The translations under genes were made by a program, and so were the position numbers. This document shows positions 54,801-62,500 of a stretch of 64,000 bases of DNA, one piece after another. Source of the DNA: Octopus sinensis (Eukaryota); assembly GCF_006345805.1 (NCBI RefSeq), contig NC_043011.1, positions 21,960,464-22,024,463 of the forward strand, read 5' to 3'. How positions within the stretch are numbered: position 1 is the stretch's first letter; each line of letters opens with the position of its first letter. Under the pieces are notes generated by a model. It was not told the DNA's origin. It ran no database searches and was given only the letters and a program-made list of their open reading frames with translations.

Positions 54801-54972
54801 CTTAGTATTGTCTATTCTTTTCTGTCAGTAGACTAGTATCACTTGTGTTGCTCGCTGAAGATTAGCATCACGCTTGAAACTCTCAGAGTACCAACGAATT
54901 TGAATCAAACTGTTCTGATCCATACATGTAACTCCCAATAAACATGTTGAGTGCCCTTCTTTTGTTTGTTCA

Positions 54973-55008
<36 letters not shown>

Positions 55009-56462
55009 TGAGAAAGTTGGTGTGTGAAAGCACGTGGTTGAATATATAGTAAAAAGTGAAAAAACTACAGAAGGCTTGTTTTAAAAGGTTAAAAAATATA
55101 TATTTGAGTCATTATGTCAGAAGAATGTTATAAATTTTTTTCATACAATGACATAATTTTTAAAGAAATGACCGGTTTCGCGTTCAGCTTTTCAAATTTC
55201 TTACATCGTTATGTTTTCGTTGAGAAGTGTAAAGAAGAGTTCCAGATAAGGGGAGGTAATAAGTGATTTCTTCCGGTGTAAGGGAGATAATCGCTTAATA
55301 TTTCTTGTCTTTTTTGGGGGGTGAGTTTCTCTGTATAAGTATGTTGGAATGGTTAAGTTTGGGCTTGTATTTTTCAATGAAGAATGTTTCCTTGTTTAGT
55401 CTAATTTGTGTTGGTGTTCCGATAGCACATTGGTAACATGGAAAGATTAAAAATTGTGGTAGTAGTTGCTTTGCGCATTTCTCAATGTGCTCACTAAAGG
55501 GTATCATTCTGTATTCTGGGAATGCAATCTGTTGTCGATGCAGTGTGCATCTACGTCTCAGTGATAGTCCCGTGGACCCCACGTAGTTTTGGTGGCAGCC
55601 CGAGCATCTTATGACATAAATATGTTTTCAGAGGCACAAGTAAATTAGATTTGATCTTGAATTTCTGTCCCTCTTTGAAGAGGAATTCTGATCCTTCTAG
55701 CAGGTTTGGACATGTTGCACAGTTCGGTCTACCACATTTTTTTACTTTTGCATCCGTAATTTCAGAAAACAATTTTGCCTTTGTGAGAATCTTTTTAAGT
55801 GATTTAGGTTGTTTGTAGCTTTTAATGATTTGGTGTATGTTTAGAATTTCCTTTAATTTGGGGTCCTTATGAAGTATTGGTAAATTCTGGGTGATGATGG
55901 TGAAGGCTTCTTTGTTTCTGGGGTTGTATGTGGATATGTAAGGTAGTATTTTCGGGGAAGGTGTGTTGTTGTGTTGAACTTTTCTCAAAGTTTCTATGTT
56001 GATTTCTGTTGCACGTCTGATCCCATCCTCTATGAGTTGAGCTGGGTAATGTCTGTCAATTAGGGTGTTTTTGAGTTCTTGCAGTCTAAAGTTCCTGGTA
56101 TTTTGTTCTGACACTATTGTGCATATCCTTCTTGCAAGGTTGAAGGGGATGTTTGTTTTAATGTGTCTTGGGTGGCATGAATCAAAAAGTAGGTATTGTT
56201 TGGCGTCTGTGGCTTTGTAAAAAATGTCTGTTTCTATTTTAAGGTTAATTTTTTTAATTAGTATATCCAAGAATGGCATGGAGTCTGTATTAATTCTTGT
56301 TCATTGATCATTTCTCTTTATTTTACTTTTTTTTTTTCAGCTGATCCAAATGGAAAAGTTGTCAATCTAATTCACACTCCAAACTCTGATGATACAGAGA
56401 ACAAGTTGTTAATATTAGAGTATCTCAAGGTATGACTTTTTACAATGTCTCTGCATGCATCT

Positions 56463-56507
<45 letters not shown>

Positions 56508-59500
56508 GAGATCTGTTAGAAATATTTCGTAAACTGAACTGAAATTGTCTCAAATTCTCAAAATATTAATCCAATTTTTTTAAAATACCTAAAAGAAACC
56601 TTTATAAAAGATATTAAAAAAGTTAAATTCAAACTCTCCTTTTTATTTTGTTACCTTTGAGCATTGTAAGCTATTATTTATTTTACAGGCTAACCTTGAT
56701 GCTCCTGACTTCAAAATAGTTTACAAGAACACTGAACAATCAATATCAGTCTCTTTCTCCATGCTAGAACTACTACTTGACCAAACTGCAATAATTGACC
56801 TCATGCAATTTGCTCAACAACTAGCACCACCTGAACCCAGTGACTCTGTAGAAAAATCTCCTGGGCTTTCGCAATCTGTGATTACTGAAAAATCTGCTAC
56901 AGCTTCGCAATCTGTTGTTTCTCAAAGTGATAAAAAAGCAAAAGAAGCTAAAAAAGAACCTGAAAAGAAGCCTGTTGCCAAGAGTAAGATTTTACTGTCA
57001 TGAATACACATACATTTGTTTTTAATTGTGTTTATTTATTTACCTTTTTTGTTTAACCCTTTTATTAACAAATTCCTGTTAAAATACACTGCCTTTGTTA
57101 TAATTTTGGTAATAATGAAGAAGTTAGTAAAATAACTTTATCATTAAACAGTGTTTGGAACATAAATTAATATGATATTTCTGTGGAAAGATTTAATTTA
57201 GGTTAATTTAAAATAGAAAGTTTGTATCTTAGATCCATGGGCAGTCATGAGCAGTTTTGTATTGAAAGAGATAAAACTTACAATTTGTGCTAAGAAGCTT
57301 CGTCCTTTCCTTGTCAAAACCTAAAATTTCATCAATAAGGAAGCCATTTGAAAAATATATCCAATCTTACATTCATATAGTTACACCATCACTTCGTGAA
57401 TGAGAGTGGGGTGGGGAACTTTGTCTGAGTGATATTATGTCCTTTATTTCTTGTTAATAAATATTACTAATTTCTAATTAACATTAGGTGCAGGAGTGGC
57501 TGTGTGGTAAGTAGCTTGCTTACCAACCACATGGTTCCAGGTTCATTCCCACTGCATGGCACCTTGGGCAAGTGTCTTCTACTATAGCCTCGGGCCAACC
57601 AAAGCCTTGTGAGTGGATTTGGTAGACAGAAACTGAAAGAAGCCCATCATATATATGTGTGTGTGTGTGTGTGTATATGTTTGTGTGTCTATTTATCCCC
57701 CCAACATTGCTTGACAACCGATGCTGGTGTGTTCACGTCCCCGTAACTTAGCAGTTCAGCAAAAGAGACCGATAGAATAAGTACTAGGCTTCCAAAGAAT
57801 AAGTCCTGGGGTCGATTTTCTCGACTAAAGGCGGTACTCCAGCATGGGCGCAGTCAAATGACTGAAACAAGTAAAAGAGTAAAGAGTATTATTAATGATT
57901 AAATTAATTATTAACTGGCTTTTAAGGAATATATTAACAGTTAATTCAAAGTTTAATATGATCTTTTGATGTACCAGTATAACTGCACTTGAAAGTGTTA
58001 CTAATTCCTACACAGGACTGTTAGAATTCTTATGTTACTCTAAAAGTTTAGGAGTTGATATGTAAGAAAACGAAATTACGGACATGTTTAAATATCATTC
58101 TACAATTATGGTTTGTAAGGCTCTTTCTGGTTAAAGCATTTTTTTTTAGTGAATGCCCTAAGAAAATAGGCAGTGAAGTTAGTCATTCAAAATTTTATGA
58201 CAGCCAAAAACTAATCTTTTTAACCCTTTCACATTTAAACCGGCCTTTTCTGACCCAGATATTCTATCTGTTTTATGTTCAAGCTGACTGGTTCTGTCCT
58301 CTCACACCTACCCTGCAATGTCATTCTGAAACTGAACAGTCACAGTTTTGAAATCTTGAAGTTACAAGATAATGCAAGATGAATTTAAGCCAATGTGAAT
58401 GAATAAACATTGCATTTGATAGAGTAATCTGAATGCTAAAGGGTTAAAGCCTCTATTGTACATCTAGTGTTCAAATATGTGAGTTAAGCTGATGAGAATA
58501 ACATTATAGTTTTTCAAGCAACTAACTACACTTAGAAATGAAAACTTTTTACATTGTTTATGTATACACAATGGGCAGAAGAATTCAGTGGGCACTTGTC
58601 CTCTGATAAGTAGTCAATGAGCCATGTAACAATGTAACATATCACTGATGTATTGTTTTGAGTCCTAAGGCTGATAAAGCTGATTTATATGGTATCCAGA
58701 GTGTATAAGTGACTGACATAGCATTCCCCACTGAACAGGATGTCAGGGTAACTCATTTATAGCTAAAAGGGTTGGAGCTACTTGAAATGATGCATTTTAC
58801 TGAGGAACACAATGACTGTAAGATTGTGGTTTCAATTCTGGACCGAGATTTGAAACCATAATCTTGTAATCTTGAGTGCAACACTCTAACCACTAGGCCA
58901 TGCACCTTTATCACATCAGAACAATCTTTATATTTCAGTATATGAAGATGTGTTCATATTTGTTTTAAAGTTCCACAGCTCAAAACTGTAGGTTAACTAC
59001 TTTAGATTTATTTCAGGTTTTCTAATACATACTGTTTTATGTCATCATCATCATCGTTTAACGTCCGCTTTCCATGCTAGTATGGGTTGGACGATTTGAC
59101 TGAGGTCTGGTGAACCAGATGGCTGCACCAGACTCCAATCTGATCTGGCAGAGTTTCTACAGCTGGATGCCTGATCCCTGATTGTCATCTGGTGTCTTAA
59201 TATTCATTATGTACATAGTACCAGACTGAATTAAAACTTGAAATCTTTATTTTTAAACTCATTTATTCACAAGTTGGCAGTGTAGGGGATAGTTTAAAAA
59301 TAAAGCCCCCTACTTCGAATCTAGTCTGACATTATGTATATATCAAGGAATAAAGCACCTAACAATTAAACTGTGATGTAGATATAAAAATTGGTTTCAA
59401 AATTTGGCACAAGGCCAGCAATTTGGAGGGAAGAGTTAAATTGAGTACATTGACCCCAGTGCTCAAATGGTACTGTTTTTATCAACCTCAAAAGGAAGAA

Positions 59501-62500
59501 AGGAGAGTGGACTTCGGTAGAATTTGAACTCAGAACATAAAGACAGACAAAATGCCATTTGGCATTTTGCCTGGCTTGCTAACAATTCTGTAGATGTAAA
59601 TATTGAAAATAAATACCAAGCAGTCCACTGGGGCCAGTTTAAACAACATTGACTCACCCCTCTAAAAATTAACCTTGTATTCTATGAAAACAAGTCATAC
59701 TTTGTATATAAAATGAAAACAAGTCATACTTTGTATATACAATTTTATATATACATTTTTCTTCTCCCACCTTGCAGAAAAGGGAAAATTACGAGACAAA
59801 GAAATCATCGACATCAAAGTTACAGCTCAACTTGATACAATTACTGTTGGTATTTCCTCACCAACTCAAATTATCACTAAGATCAAGGTGAAAGGTATGT
59901 AATCTCATTATTTTACTAAGAATTATTTATTCATCAGTTATTTAGTCTGTTCAGCATACAATAATAAACTAACAATGACCATTATTAGTTTCTGCGGATC
60001 CTACTGTTTATTTTCATTGATTGGAAGTAGTCTCCACCCACTCCCTACAAACATATACTAACCTCCTTCTCTCTTCTATCACACTTCATACACAATCCCT
60101 TCTCTTTTTATGCCTACAAACTCACTTGTACCACATCTAATTTTCATATACATTGTTCTAACCAGCAAAGGAGTACCCTACCAAAAGTACTATATATAAG
60201 ACTTAAAAACCAAACTAAACTACAAGTTGGTGACAGCTAGTAAGTCAAAACTTTAAAGTCACTGTCAACCTTTTCCTTGTAAAAATTCATGTATATCATT
60301 AACTTTTCTCCACTGTTCTTAACTCTGGACTGTCTCAAGGTGTGGCCTGTCATGTTTCCCTAAGCCTTCCTCTCTCAGGCTTTGTTGGTTCTGAATTGCC
60401 GCTGATGCTTCTGTAACTTTTGCTTTATTGTAGCTGGAGATGTTGGCCTTATGCAAACCCATTTTATCTCTTGGAAGAGGTGGTCCATAATAGACTGGCC
60501 TTTATCCTTTGACCCGTTCAGTATGAGAGACCCAACCAGGAGCTTGCACTTCACTGGAATAACTCTCAAGGTCATTGAGGCATACAAGACACCACATTGC
60601 AATGTAGACTGGATGTTGTGGTGGGTTTTATAAGTGTAATTCTACGGATATGTAATTCTAAAGATATGTTGTTGCTGTAGTAAACATCTCACATGATGCT
60701 TATCACTACAGTATTTTACATACTTATCTCATATGCAGCACTACAATATTTAGATATTGGGTTCATATATAAAACAAATCTCTGTTGGTTTTCAACAATG
60801 GGTATTCAGTTGTTTGACAAACTAAGCAATCTGCTCATTGAAATTACATCTGTACCATTGAATATTCGACAGACACATCTCGTAATATACAATTCTTCAG
60901 TGGAATCACACTTCATGTCTTGTTTTAATTAGTTTGCATCAGTGTGATGCAGTATGACAAGGCTTGACCTTTAAGTTATGTCTACAGTCCATATGACAGA
61001 TGTTTGTGCTGTTTCTATCTACCTATTTTCACTCACAAGATTTGAGTCAAACTGAGGCTGATGGTACCACAGAGTGGAATTGAACCCAAGATCATGTGGT
61101 TGCAAAACAAACTTGTTTATCTTTCAGTTTTGCTGTAACCTTAAGGTATTTTGGATATTTGGTTTATATGTATTGTTACACTGTTTTTAAAGATGTCAAG
61201 ATTTCTAACCTCTGTTTTACAATAGGTATAAATGCTGATGTCAGTCTTCAAATTGACAAAACAACCATCGGAGCTGAACTGAAGGATCTTGTTATCTTAA
61301 ACTCAGATGCTCACTGCTATTATCCTGAAGTATGTTTGATCTTTTATTTATATACATAAGAAGAAAAAGGCTTTCTGTCACATATTTTAATGCTTACATA
61401 ATATACGCCAAATTTTTAGTCATTAACCCTTTTAATACCAACTTGTTTATGACCACTTATTCTAAATTGTTTATATGTAAATTGAAATCATTGTTAAAAT
61501 ATCATTAAAGTATTAATCATATCAAGAGATTTTTTTTTTGGTTAACACCAACACAATAAACTGATACATAAAAAAATCATCATCATCATCTTCGTTTAAC
61601 ATCCGCCTTCCATGCTAGCATGGCTGGGATGGTTTCACAAGAACCAGCCAGGCAGAAACCTGCACCAGAAAAATCTGAGTATATATGGCAAAAAACCTGG
61701 GTATATAGAGAGTCGGGGGGGGGGGGGCTACCAGATAGCAATGATACAGAGGAACAGGTCCGTGAGGACAGGAATGGGAAGTGAGAGCTAGGCAGAGTGT
61801 ATGAAGGAGGCACTGTGAGAAAGAGATGTGGAGATGTAGATTGGTTTGTTGGGGTATGGTGAGTGAAAAGTTTTCTTATGTGTTGGTAGGACACACAGGT
61901 CAGAGGCTAGCAGCAGATAGCAATAACACAGTGACAGGGCATTTGAGTAGAACACACAGGTCGGGAGCAAGCAGAGAGCAATGATGCAGTAGCACAGGGC
62001 CAAGAGGACAGGATTGGGGAGTGGGAAGTAAGCATAGTGCATGAAGCAGAAATGCGAGGAAGAGAAGAGCTGTAAACACATAGTTTGGTTTGTTGTGGTA
62101 GAATGTGTGAGAAGTTTTCTTGTTAAGTGTGGATGGGACATACAGTGCTTCTAGAATTTAGTTTTGCTGATGTGGGCAGGTCTTCTCAAGAATATCATAT
62201 TACCAGACATCTCAGTCCATTGTCATTTCCTTCATGAAGTCGAGCTTCCTGAGATTGGCCCTTAGCACTTCATCCCACATCTTCCTCGGTCTCCATTTTC
62301 TGTGAGTGCCATCCACTTTCAGTGATCATCACTTCTTTATGCAGCTGTCCTCATTCATACACATATCCAAACCAACGTAGACTTCTCTCTTGCATGCTAC
62401 AAATTCCGTTCTGGAGATTTTTCACTCAAAGATGACCAATGTTCTGGTCGACCTACTGAAGTCGATGATGAACCGAATCAAAGCCATCATTGAATCTGAT

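Noticed and set aside
60330-60640. Possible RTE LINE 5' UTR relic
   Set aside because: The resemblance is from memory only, with no protein motif to support it
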